A stretch of DNA of 56,346 nucleotides from Candidatus Micrarchaeota archaeon (GTDB lineage Archaea > Micrarchaeota > Micrarchaeia > Anstonellales > Bilamarchaeaceae). The position numbers were made by a program, and so were the translations under genes. Of this stretch, positions 46,138 to 54,492 are shown one piece after another. The stretch covers positions 1 to 56,346 of the forward strand of contig WJIU01000027.1 of assembly GCA_014730115.1 (NCBI GenBank). The letters run 5' to 3'. The notes beneath the pieces were generated by a model. The model was given only the letters and a program-made list of their open reading frames with translations. It was not told where the DNA came from and did no database searches. Each line of letters starts with the position of its first letter. Position 1 is the first letter of the stretch.

Positions 46138-48267
46138 GTGAAATCAAAAATTCTTTTTTCTGTTCTGCTTTTGTTTTCTGCAGCATTTGCGTGGTCCACT
46201 GATACCTATTTTACATACCCCCTTGTTTCGGGATATTATGTTGACAGCGACCTGACCCTGACAACAGACTTTACACTGTCTCTTGTTTCAGGGGAAGTGG
46301 CAGAGGGAAATCCCTCCAATCTTCAGACCGGGGATGTGGTCTGCTCAGGGGCAGTGCTGAGGGCAACCCCAACCTATAATGCCAAATGGGCCACCTCGGA
46401 TTTTTCAGCAAAGTCTCTTTACCCCTCATGCGCGGCAATATACTGCCCGTCCATGATTTCCGGAGGCCCGGTCCAGAACGATAATGACGTTTCCTGGCTT
46501 TCCTCCACTGTTTTCAATGAGCACGATGAGTGGGGAGACGATTACGGGCTCCTCTTCGGCTGGGATGCGGTGTCCCAAAACATGTATGATGACCTTACCC
46601 CGCTTGTAAACCAGCCTGTAACCTACAAGAACGTTACCGGGGAATACCCCGACAAAAGGGCCGGCGTGGGCATCTACTGCAAGGGGGACATGGAGATTGT
46701 CGATGGAACTTCAGTTAAGTCCTCCAATGAGATGCCAAGCACCGGCAGTGCTGATTTTGCAGTTACCTCAACAGGAACCCATGGGATTTCCACCCGGCTT
46801 TCCGACACCGAATGCATCGCGGCAATAGTGAAGCACCCTCTGGACATATCCAGCCATCCCGGATTCTTCAGGCTCTATTACTTCAGCACCGGGCAGCCAT
46901 CAATACCCTCTGCAGTTGGTACTGAGACTATTTCAATTACGGTTCAGGAATCGGGAGGCGCCTGCAACTTCCACGAGACTGATGTGGAGGCCAGCAGCTC
47001 CCTCAGTGATGAGGACCTTATCATGATTAAGGTCACCTTTGAGAACGGTGGTGACCCCATACAGATTACTGATGTGTCCAGCTCCAGTGCGGATTTCACG
47101 GTGTCAGAATTTCCGACGCTGCTCTGCGACATACTCGGCTTTCCGCCGTCCTTCTGCCCTGCATCCAACGGCTTTGACGAGGATGTCTCCTCAGGAGGAA
47201 CCCATGACGTTTATGTCCTGGTGGAAAGAAATGTCGGGGCAAGCGGAGGCACGGTGCTGACCTTTGATGCCCAGACCGTTTCAGGGAGCTGCGGAGGCGC
47301 AGCAACCTGCTCGGAGGATGTTGACCTCGGGGATTCTGTCCCGATATTATGTGAGATAGACCCTGATGAGCTTACCTATGGCACACTGGAAGTGGCTGAA
47401 TTCCTTGTGTACTGCGAGAACCTTGCCGGAGACGGCATATCCTGTGTCGGCGACGACTGGTACTTCAATGACGGAATATCCGGAGGCTTTGTGGAAAAGG
47501 ACAATACTCATGCATGGGCATATCCCACTTCGTCCCCGGGCTCCAGCGGAACGCTCAACTATGAATCAGGAATAGCCCACTGCCTTTCAGACATTGACGT
47601 TGTGTCCCCCGGAGATTCACCCGGAGACTATGAATGCGAGCTTGTGCCTTCCAGTGCCGAGTTGGAGACCGGAGACACCCAGGCGTTTGTGCTTAACTGC
47701 TTCCACGAGGGCTCGGCTTCAGAGCCGGACAGCGTGGACTATGACCTCATAGATGGCGTCGACGGTTCTCTCAGCGGGGAGAGCACCAGCGGAGTTGACT
47801 TTGAAGCGGGCTCGGACAGCACCGGACAGCTGAGGGCATTCGCCTACTGGAGCATCCCCGGAGACGACCCGATAATGGGCGCAGTTGCCCTTGCTGACAT
47901 TACCATCGGGGCAGGGGGAAACGAAACCAACGAGACCGGCGGAGATGACGATGACTACTATGACGACGGCTCCAGCATGCACTGCAAAATCGGAGGAGGG
48001 CCGCTGAATCCATTCCCCGGCTCCAGCGGATGGCTTACTGTTATGTGCGGACCTGATTATGATATTCCCTGCGCCACCGCGGACTGGGATGCAGAGCCGC
48101 CTGGAATAGCATCAGTAAGCGGGGACGAGAACGGAGCGTCCTATACCATCAACGGCGAGCCCCAGGAGTCAGGAAAAATCTGGGCAACCGTAACCTATGA
48201 TGGAGAATCAGGGGACTGCTTCCTGCCATTCCAGATTGGGCTCCCGGACTGCTGGGAGTTCACGTAA
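46138..48267 (+). CDS. Secreted acidic, Cys-rich protein of unknown function (~709 aa)
   Basis: GTG 46138 lies 5 nt after AAGGTGA, which overlaps the upstream stop. The signal peptide is MKSKILFSVLLLFSAAFA. The protein has many Cys, a D/E/G/S-rich composition, a DDDDYYDD run, and no C-terminal anchor. Confidence 0.75.
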   Translation: MKSKILFSVLLLFSAAFAWSTDTYFTYPLVSGYYVDSDLTLTTDFTLSLVSGEVAEGNPSNLQTGDVVCSGAVLRATPTYNAKWATSDFSAKSLYPSCAAIYCPSMISGGPVQNDNDVSWLSSTVFNEHDEWGDDYGLLFGWDAVSQNMYDDLTPLVNQPVTYKNVTGEYPDKRAGVGIYCKGDMEIVDGTSVKSSNEMPSTGSADFAVTSTGTHGISTRLSDTECIAAIVKHPLDISSHPGFFRLYYFSTGQPSIPSAVGTETISITVQESGGACNFHETDVEASSSLSDEDLIMIKVTFENGGDPIQITDVSSSSADFTVSEFPTLLCDILGFPPSFCPASNGFDEDVSSGGTHDVYVLVERNVGASGGTVLTFDAQTVSGSCGGAATCSEDVDLGDSVPILCEIDPDELTYGTLEVAEFLVYCENLAGDGISCVGDDWYFNDGISGGFVEKDNTHAWAYPTSSPGSSGTLNYESGIAHCLSDIDVVSPGDSPGDYECELVPSSAELETGDTQAFVLNCFHEGSASEPDSVDYDLIDGVDGSLSGESTSGVDFEAGSDSTGQLRAFAYWSIPGDDPIMGAVALADITIGAGGNETNETGGDDDDYYDDGSSMHCKIGGGPLNPFPGSSGWLTVMCGPDYDIPCATADWDAEPPGIASVSGDENGASYTINGEPQESGKIWATVTYDGESGDCFLPFQIGLPDCWEFT

Positions 48268-48273
48268 TCTTCT

Positions 48274-49569
48274 TTATATGTTATATGTTTCCAGAAGCTT
48301 GGGCATGGTTACGTTGTATCTTCTGTCCAGTTCATCCTTCAGGTCGCTTTTCTCTCCGTGCATGATAAATATGTCCTTCAGTCCCCTGACCGATTTGACG
48401 AACTGGAGGAGCTCGTGAAAATCAGCATGGGCGGACAGGCTGAACTTTTCAACCTTCAGCCTCAGCTTAATCTCCTTGTCCCTTATCCTGATTGTTCTCT
48501 TCCCGTTGATTATCCGGTGCCCCGGAGTGCCCTCTGCCTGGTACCCTACAAAAATTAGTTTTGTTTTTGGGTCGTTTCCAAGGTGCTCAAGGTAGAAATT
48601 GACCGGCCCCCCGGTAAGCATGCCGGAGGTTGTAACTATGATGCAGGGCTCTTTGAGAACATCCTCTCTTGTTTTCGTTTTGGGGCGATAGAAATTGGGG
48701 CTGTTGAAGGGGTCGTCCTCGCTCATGAGAATCCTTCTTTTTATGTCCTCATTGGCATAGATTGCATTGTGGCGGTACACCTTCATCGTCTTTCCTATCA
48801 TTCCCTCGATGTAGATTTTTGCCTCCCTCAGGGTTCCGGAGCGCATGTAATCGTCAAGGGCAAGAAGCACCTCCTGGGCCCTTCCCACCGCGAAGCTCGG
48901 GATTATTACATGGCCTCCAGCATCCAGGGTCTTGTTTATGGCCTTGATCATCTGCTTGTAGCTTTCTTTGTAGCTCGGGATTTTGTCGTCTTTGGAGCCA
49001 TAGGTGCTTTCCATGATAAGGGTATCTGCGCGAAGGCCTGTTTCACACGGGTCCAGCACCCTTGTCTTCCTCATGCATATGTCGCCGGTAAACAGCACTC
49101 TTTTCTTGTCGGCTGCTATCCTGGTCATTGCACTTCCCATGATGTGCCCTGCCGGATGGAAGGTGGTCCTGAAACTGCCGGTGAAAGGCTCTTTGTATTC
49201 CTTTATCCAGGTATCCCTCAGCACCCTTTCCACATCCTTTTTGCTGAAAAGCCTCTTTTTTTCATATGAATGGATGCGCTGGTAGTCAGAAAGCAGTATG
49301 CCCATCAGGTCCCGGGTTGGCTTGGTAAGAAAGATTTTGGGTCTGAACCCCTTGGAATACACGTGGGGCAGATATCCGCTGTGGTCAAGGTGTGCATGGG
49401 ACACTGTGATGTTTTTTACACGCTTCAGCTCGTCCTTGTCAATTAGGGGGTATTCGGTTTCCTCCCCCAGCTTTATGCCGCAGTCCAGCATCAGATTCCT
49501 TTTTCCCTGCTCCAGGAGCATGCATGCCCTGCCTACTTCCTGTGCACCGCCAAAAAATGTAATTCTCAT
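48274..49569 (-). CDS. Beta-CASP metallo-beta-lactamase ribonuclease (aCPSF2-like, no KH domains)
   Basis: MRITFFGGAQEVGRACMLLE, the HxHxDH motif (VSHAHLDHSGYLP), and the beta-CASP motifs further downstream. 431 aa. Confidence 0.85.
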   Translation of the reverse strand: MRITFFGGAQEVGRACMLLEQGKRNLMLDCGIKLGEETEYPLIDKDELKRVKNITVSHAHLDHSGYLPHVYSKGFRPKIFLTKPTRDLMGILLSDYQRIHSYEKKRLFSKKDVERVLRDTWIKEYKEPFTGSFRTTFHPAGHIMGSAMTRIAADKKRVLFTGDICMRKTRVLDPCETGLRADTLIMESTYGSKDDKIPSYKESYKQMIKAINKTLDAGGHVIIPSFAVGRAQEVLLALDDYMRSGTLREAKIYIEGMIGKTMKVYRHNAIYANEDIKRRILMSEDDPFNSPNFYRPKTKTREDVLKEPCIIVTTSGMLTGGPVNFYLEHLGNDPKTKLIFVGYQAEGTPGHRIINGKRTIRIRDKEIKLRLKVEKFSLSAHADFHELLQFVKSVRGLKDIFIMHGEKSDLKDELDRRYNVTMPKLLETYNI

Positions 49570-49862
49570 ATCATCCCTAGTTTTGCCTTTGCCTTGTCGC
49601 TGAGCCTGTCCGGGGTCCAGGGCGGGTCAAAGACTACGCTTATTTCTATGTCTGCGTTTTCAAGTTCCTCCAGTTTCTGCTTGACCTGCTCGAGCATGTA
49701 ATTCATCATCGGGCAGGCCGGAGTTGTAAATGTCATTTTAATATACACCTTTTCCTTTTCTGTTTTAATATCGTAAATCAGGCCAAGGTCCACGATGTTA
49801 ATCCCCAGCTCGGGGTCCTGGACCTGGCCCAGCTTTTCCTTGATTTCCTTTTTGCTCACCAT
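49566..49862 (-). CDS. DUF59/MIP18-family Fe-S cluster assembly protein
   Basis: VQDPELGINIVDLGLIYDI...TFTTPACPMMNYM is the family signature, including the conserved Cys. Confidence 0.85.
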   Translation of the reverse strand: MVSKKEIKEKLGQVQDPELGINIVDLGLIYDIKTEKEKVYIKMTFTTPACPMMNYMLEQVKQKLEELENADIEISVVFDPPWTPDRLSDKAKAKLGMI

Positions 49863-49924
49863 GGGGAAATTTCTGATGCAAGCTTATTTAAGCTTGAGTT
49901 GACCATTTCATTTAGGGTGGTTTT

Positions 49925-50317
49925 ATGAAAGAGATAATTGTAGTAGCTGACAACGAAACCGGTTCGCTGGCAGCGGTTTCCGAGGCACTGGGCGCAGTGG
50001 GAGTCAACATAGAGGCAGTTTCTGCCTATGGTCTTGACGGCAAGGCGATTTTCAGGATAATAACCAATGATGTAAAAACCGCCATAAAAGCACTTTCAAG
50101 GCTTCCGAATGTTGAGATACGGGAAGCCGACACCATTGTTTACAAGATGATAAACCGGCCCGGAGAGCTTGCCAAGATAACCCGCAAGCTGGCAAACCGC
50201 GGTGTAAACCTGGAAAGCCTTTATATCGTCAGCAGGAAACAGGACGTTACCGAGGTTGCAATACGTCCCGCTGAGTCAGATATGGAAAAAGCAAGAGAAG
50301 TTCTGGGAATAAAATAA
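49925..50317 (+). CDS. ACT-domain protein (two ACT-like repeats)
   Basis: Two ~60-aa repeats: VVADNETGSLAAVSEALGAVGVNIEAVSAY... and MINRPGELAKITRKLANRGVNLESLYIV... Confidence 0.7.
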   Translation: MKEIIVVADNETGSLAAVSEALGAVGVNIEAVSAYGLDGKAIFRIITNDVKTAIKALSRLPNVEIREADTIVYKMINRPGELAKITRKLANRGVNLESLYIVSRKQDVTEVAIRPAESDMEKAREVLGIK

Positions 50318-50325
50318 AAAAGAAA

Positions 50326-51042
50326 TTATTCCGAAGGTGTTTCGCTTACCTGCACAGTAATAATTGCAGAATACTCTGTAGTGTGCCCGTGTATGGTGAC
50401 ATCCACTCTCATATCCTGCGGGGTATTGACATACTCTGCGGGGTAGGCCTTTTCAAACAGTTCATCAGACAAAATTGTTGCATTTGTGTCGTCACAGAGG
50501 ATGTCAAGCACAATCCCCTGCCCATCTTCTGTTCCTTCCAGGTATGCGAATTCATACCCTCCTGCTTTCATGGGCGCATCCTGGGTTATTAACCCGGAGT
50601 TGCTGGCTGCGTATACATCACATTCCTCTAAATCACTGTCAGTGTCTCCGCCGTCAACATCGGTGTCGGTATCCGGGCCCCCGTCCAGGCCGGCATCAGG
50701 TTCGGGCCCTCCGTCCAGACCAGCATCCGGGCCTCCGTCAGTGCCTGCATCGCCTGTGTCTGTGTCTCCGCCGTCAACCTCGGTGTCTCCGTCAACCTCG
50801 GTGTCTCCGCCGTCAACTTCCACTGAGGCATCAGAGGATGCATCCGGCATACCGACGGACGCAGTATCGCCTGAGCATGCAGCAGCGCCTGCAGAAACAG
50901 CAGCTACCGTGGTAATAATAGCCAGGCCGCTCTTTAGCCTGTCTTTGAATCTTCCGAAAACCTTGCCAGACCTTCCTTTCGTCTCGTCTCCGACTCTGTT
51001 CTCTTCTTTAACATCTTCCTTTCTTTCATTTTTGACTTCCAT
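50326..51042 (-). CDS. Lipobox-anchored acidic repeat protein
   Basis: It has a charged N-terminus, a TM segment (LAIITTVAAVSAGAAACSG), D/G/T/E repeats (DGGDTEVDGDTEVDGGDTDTGDAGTDGGPDAGLDGGPEPDAGLDGGPDTDTDVDGGDTDSD), and a ~90-aa globular tail. Confidence 0.6.
   Translation of the reverse strand: MEVKNERKEDVKEENRVGDETKGRSGKVFGRFKDRLKSGLAIITTVAAVSAGAAACSGDTASVGMPDASSDASVEVDGGDTEVDGDTEVDGGDTDTGDAGTDGGPDAGLDGGPEPDAGLDGGPDTDTDVDGGDTDSDLEECDVYAASNSGLITQDAPMKAGGYEFAYLEGTEDGQGIVLDILCDDTNATILSDELFEKAYPAEYVNTPQDMRVDVTIHGHTTEYSAIITVQVSETPSE
50642..50817. repeat. Imperfect tandem/interspersed DNA repeats encoding the acidic repeats
   Basis: gtgtctccgccgtcaac occurs at 50642, 50762 and ~50801, with a shortened copy at ~50783. 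gggcccNcgtccag(g/a)cc(g/a)gcatc occurs at ~50675 and ~50704. Confidence 0.6.
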
Positions 51043-51173
51043 ATTCTGAGCCTCTCTAAATATTTACAATAAGAATTATGCAGCCAAATCTTTATAAACG
51101 TTCCTTTTCTTTCACTTTTTCCCACATCTTTGCTTTCAGGTAAAAATAAATAGGAAAAAACATATAGTCTTTC

Positions 51174-51563
51174 ATGCCTCCCAGGGAAGTAGTGATTGAT
51201 ACCAATTTTCTCCTTATACCCTTTCAGTTCAAGATTAATATCGTGAATGAGCTTGATTACCTTATAGACTACAGCCACCGCTATGTTATTTCTTCCAAAA
51301 CAGTGGACGAGCTGGAGAAGCTGGCCGAATCCTCCGGAAAGCAGGGGGCAGCTGCCAGGGTGGCATTGAAAATCCTGAAAGCCCAGGAAAAGAAAATCAG
51401 AATCGTGGAAAGCGAGCGGCACGTGGACGACTGGATAGTGGATTATGCAAAAGAGCATAACGCGGTGGTGTGCACCACCGACAGGGAGCTGCGCAGAAGG
51501 CTGAAGGCGCAGAAGGCAAAGGTTATAACCCTTAAATCCAAATCTAGGCTGGGATTCGTATGA
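51174..51563 (+). CDS. PIN-domain nuclease, Fcf1/Utp24-like
   Basis: VVIDTNFLLIPFQF is at the N-terminus (first acidic residue), and VCTTDRELRRRLKAQKAKVITLK at the C-terminus is typical of archaeal Fcf1-like PINs. Confidence 0.7.
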   Translation: MPPREVVIDTNFLLIPFQFKINIVNELDYLIDYSHRYVISSKTVDELEKLAESSGKQGAAARVALKILKAQEKKIRIVESERHVDDWIVDYAKEHNAVVCTTDRELRRRLKAQKAKVITLKSKSRLGFV

Positions 51564-51859
51564 TTGCCGAGATTTGTGTCGGGGCCGGCATCCTGATAAT
51601 TCTGGTTGTGGCAGTGTATCTCATCTTCTTTTCCAAGGCCTTTGAATACAGGAAAAAAACCTTCAAGGGCACCACTTCGCTCACTGTCTATGCAAAAAAG
51701 AATCTCAAAAAGGTATCAGTAAAGGCAGATGACATATCTTTTGAAAGAAAAAGAATAAGGAAAGGCCAGACTGTGGAGTTTGATTTCCCTTCCACCAAGA
51801 AGCCTGCCAGGCTTATTGTGGAGGAGGAATCCGGTCATGCTCAGACCGTCGACGTTTGA
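51560..51859 (+). CDS. Hypothetical small membrane-anchored protein
   Basis: The start overlaps the PIN stop by 4 nt. It has one N-terminal TM segment (ICVGAGILIILVVAVYLIFF). I recognise no family. Confidence 0.45.
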   Translation: MIAEICVGAGILIILVVAVYLIFFSKAFEYRKKTFKGTTSLTVYAKKNLKKVSVKADDISFERKRIRKGQTVEFDFPSTKKPARLIVEEESGHAQTVDV

Positions 51860-52658
51860 GCTTTTTGCCTTTGCCCTTCATCTTCTGATATGAGAACCAC
51901 AGCAGCCCCCCTGCTATTCCAAGAGGGAGCAGGAAGCCTGCCAGTGCAACCAGGATGGTTATCGCCGCAGCAAGCGCGCCGAAGAATATCCCGCCGAGTC
52001 CTTCCAGAGGCACTATCAGCTGCTCTGCAGATGGCTTGTCCTCATAGAGCATGATGCGTATTGTGGAGCGCTCAACCCTTGAAATCAGCCTCTGCTCCTG
52101 CTGTTTCAAAAGCTCCAGCTCTGTCTCCACCCTGGAAATCTCTCTTTCCACTTCAAGCAGGTCCTCCACATCCTCGCTGAGATTGTATAGTTCATATAGT
52201 CTCTCAAGCTCCAGCTCCCTGCTGTCGATGCGCACCTCAAGCTCCTGGTACTGGGCGGTAACGTCCTCCAGCTCTACGGACATGTCCTTGACCTCTCCCA
52301 GCTGCTTGAGGTCTTCGTTAATGTCGTCAAATTTCTTGGGCTCTACTTTTGCAGTGACTGTGTACTGCTTCCGGAAGTCATACTCCTTGAAATCGACATT
52401 GCTTATGTCCGCCCCTTCCGACTCAAGAAGGTCCGTCATCTCCCCGTACCTGGATTCAAGGCTCCCATCGGTTACTTTGATGGAAATGTAACTTTCTTTG
52501 GTTATATACTCGTTTTCTGAGGCATAATAACCAGCCAATGCTTTCTCGCCGTAATCTGCGGTCCGGGGCTCGGCTGCAAGTTCAGGCTGCCCCACGCATC
52601 CAAGACCCAAAAGCATCAGAAGCATAATCAGACCATATGTTCGCAAGGAAATCACCAT
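51813..52658 (-). CDS. DUF4349-like secreted/membrane protein
   Basis: It has a signal plus Cys (LLMLLGLGCVG), a coiled-coil middle (DVTAQYQELEVRIDSRELELERL...), and two C-terminal TM helices, which is the DUF4349 architecture. Confidence 0.6.
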   Translation of the reverse strand: MVISLRTYGLIMLLMLLGLGCVGQPELAAEPRTADYGEKALAGYYASENEYITKESYISIKVTDGSLESRYGEMTDLLESEGADISNVDFKEYDFRKQYTVTAKVEPKKFDDINEDLKQLGEVKDMSVELEDVTAQYQELEVRIDSRELELERLYELYNLSEDVEDLLEVEREISRVETELELLKQQEQRLISRVERSTIRIMLYEDKPSAEQLIVPLEGLGGIFFGALAAAITILVALAGFLLPLGIAGGLLWFSYQKMKGKGKKLKRRRSEHDRIPPPQ

Positions 52659-52697
52659 GGTTTTATCCTGCTGTATTATTATATCATTTTCTTTCCA

Positions 52698-53654
52698 ATG
52701 CTTGTCATGCAGCTTCTGCTTTACCGCGGAGAGGATTTTGACTCTAATTTCTACTACCAGTCAGGCATTGACATTGACCACTCGTTTTTCCTGCTCCAGA
52801 AAGGAAAACGAACCCTCTTTGTTTCCAGAATGAACGAGGCCGCAGCCAGGAAGAATTTCAGGGGCAGTATTGTGGTGTACAGGGATCCCATGGAAACCCT
52901 TTCATCCCGGCTCAAAGGCCGGACTGTTTCTGTGGATGAGTTTTCCCTCAGCATGAGGATGGCCGGCAGACTGGGAAAATTCTGCAAGCTCAGAGAGGCT
53001 GGCGAGGAATTGAGGGCAGAGAGGGTGAAAAAGGAGCCGGGGGAAGTCCGCAACATCAGAAAGGCAGCTGAGCAGACGAGAGAGATTATTGATTCTCTGG
53101 ATTTCAAGAAAGCAAAGACAGAGCTTGACGTGAAGAGGCAGATACTTGTGGAAACTGCCAGGAGAGGGCTGGAGCCTGCATTTGAGCCGATTGTGGCCAC
53201 GGGAAAGAACACGTCCTTTCCCCATCATTCTTCCACAGGGAAGAAGCTTGCCTCCATTGTCCTTGTTGACTGTGGGGTGAAATACAAACACTACTGCTCG
53301 GACCTTACGCGGTGCTTTATCCTTGACGGCGACAGAAACAAAGAAAGCAGGTACGAAATGCTCCGAAACATATTCCATGAAATTATTGATGAGCTGCCTT
53401 CATTGGAAAAGGGCAGGGATGTGGCCGGATATGCGGACAGGCTAATGAAAAAATCAGGGCTTCCGGAAATGATTCACTCGGTAGGCCATGGGCTGGGCCT
53501 GGAGGTGCATGAGCGCCCGGCCCTTTCCGGCAGGTCCGAAGATAATATATCCGGATGCACTATGGCAATGGAGCCTGCCTTTTACCTTAAATCCTACGGC
53601 ATGCGCTTTGAGGAGACCATATATTTTGACGGGAAAAAGGCGAGAATCCTCTGA
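52698..53654 (+). CDS. M24-family Xaa-Pro aminopeptidase/dipeptidase
   Basis: The pita-bread metal ligands are in order (VDCG..., CSDLTR, HSVGHGLGLEVHE, AMEP, EETI). Confidence 0.85.
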   Translation: MLVMQLLLYRGEDFDSNFYYQSGIDIDHSFFLLQKGKRTLFVSRMNEAAARKNFRGSIVVYRDPMETLSSRLKGRTVSVDEFSLSMRMAGRLGKFCKLREAGEELRAERVKKEPGEVRNIRKAAEQTREIIDSLDFKKAKTELDVKRQILVETARRGLEPAFEPIVATGKNTSFPHHSSTGKKLASIVLVDCGVKYKHYCSDLTRCFILDGDRNKESRYEMLRNIFHEIIDELPSLEKGRDVAGYADRLMKKSGLPEMIHSVGHGLGLEVHERPALSGRSEDNISGCTMAMEPAFYLKSYGMRFEETIYFDGKKARIL

Positions 53655-53723
53655 TTTCCCTCAAATCCGAAAATCAGGAAAAAGTAAGAAGAATTATCAG
53701 GTAATCATTCCAGAAGGCTGGCT

Positions 53724-53822
53724 TCACTTTTTCTTTTTGGACTTTGACTTTGGTTTGGAAGCCTTCTTCTTTGGTGCTGTCTTTTTTGCCTTGCTTTTTG
53801 CCTTGGCTTTTTTTGCGGCCAT
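53724..53822 (-). CDS. Possible 32-aa Lys-rich small basic protein
   Basis: ATG 53822 is preceded by AAGGTGAT plus a 6-nt spacer and an AT-rich box. It translates to MAAKKAKAKSKAKKTAPKKKASKPKSKSKKKK. It is below the ORF-track cutoff. Confidence 0.4.
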   Translation of the reverse strand: MAAKKAKAKSKAKKTAPKKKASKPKSKSKKKK

Positions 53823-53907
53823 ATTAAATCACCTTGGATAGACTACCGCCGGTAGAATTAAATCCTTTTCTCTATTTTCTCCCGGGCGTATCGTCGGAGG
53901 GAGTGCA

Positions 53908-53915
53908 TTTTATAA
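53908..53915 (+). promoter_or_regulatory. TATA-box-like element for tRNA-Leu(TAA)
   Basis: TTTTATAA ends about 30 nt upstream of tRNA position 1. Confidence 0.45.
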
Positions 53916-53944
53916 GGACATAACAAGTAATTTCATGTGCTTTT

Positions 53945-54135
53945 GCAGGAGTAGCAAAGCCTGGTCAAATGCGCAGGACTTAAGGAAACTTTCCTTATGC
54001 CTTTCAAAGGGTAAAGTTTCATCAAACTTCCTAAGGGAAAACCGATGATTTCATGTTTATTCCCTTTTGGCAGAGGATGCGTTTAAGCAATCCTGTGGCT
54101 TAGTGTCTTCGAAGGTTCGAATCCTTCCTCCTGCA
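53945..54135 (+). tRNA. tRNA-Leu (anticodon TAA) with a 105-nt canonical 37/38 intron (53985-54089)
   Basis: Acceptor GCAGGAG/CTCCTGC, anticodon stem CAGGA/TCCTG, loop CTTAAG|...|A. The BHB helix CUUA:UAAG is perfect, with bulges AG|G and CA|A. It has a long variable arm and T loop TTCGAAT. Confidence 0.8.
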
Positions 54136-54492
54136 TTTAGTACTTGCTACAGTTCCTACCTGATGTTCAAGAACCTCAGGTTCTTGGACAGTTATGAACA
54201 ATGAAATTGTTCATACGAAAAATTGGGCACTGTGGTGCTTTTTTTCACACAGATGCTAAAATAGTAGTTCCGCCGGAGTCTGATGGCATACGGGAAGCGG
54301 TTAATGCCATATTTCATTATCGCTACCACGATTTCTTGATAAAAAAGCAGAATTGCCAGAAGCCATCACAGCGGAAACTCAAACAAAAATCCTATAAATG
54401 ATGATATTTAATTGAATAAATGACTGGCCAGTTGAAAAGATGGCTTCTCAAGGTTGAAAATTGCATTCCCATGCGATTAGGAAGAGATTGGT

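Noticed and set aside
48583-49269. 228-aa plus-strand ORF
   Set aside because: It is antisense to the beta-CASP ribonuclease, which has HxHxDH and the beta-CASP motifs.
50475-51049. Plus-strand Ser/Pro-rich ORFs (146 and 187 aa) opposite the acidic repeat gene
   Set aside because: They are mirror images of the Asp/Gly/Thr repeats. The minus-strand product has a coherent charged-tail, TM and lipobox architecture shared with two other genes. Confidence is moderate, not absolute.
54201-54401. 66-aa ORF in the AT-rich spacer after tRNA-Leu(TAA)
   Set aside because: It starts inside a perfect hairpin, has no SD, lies in an AT-rich non-coding-like context, and matches no family I recognise.
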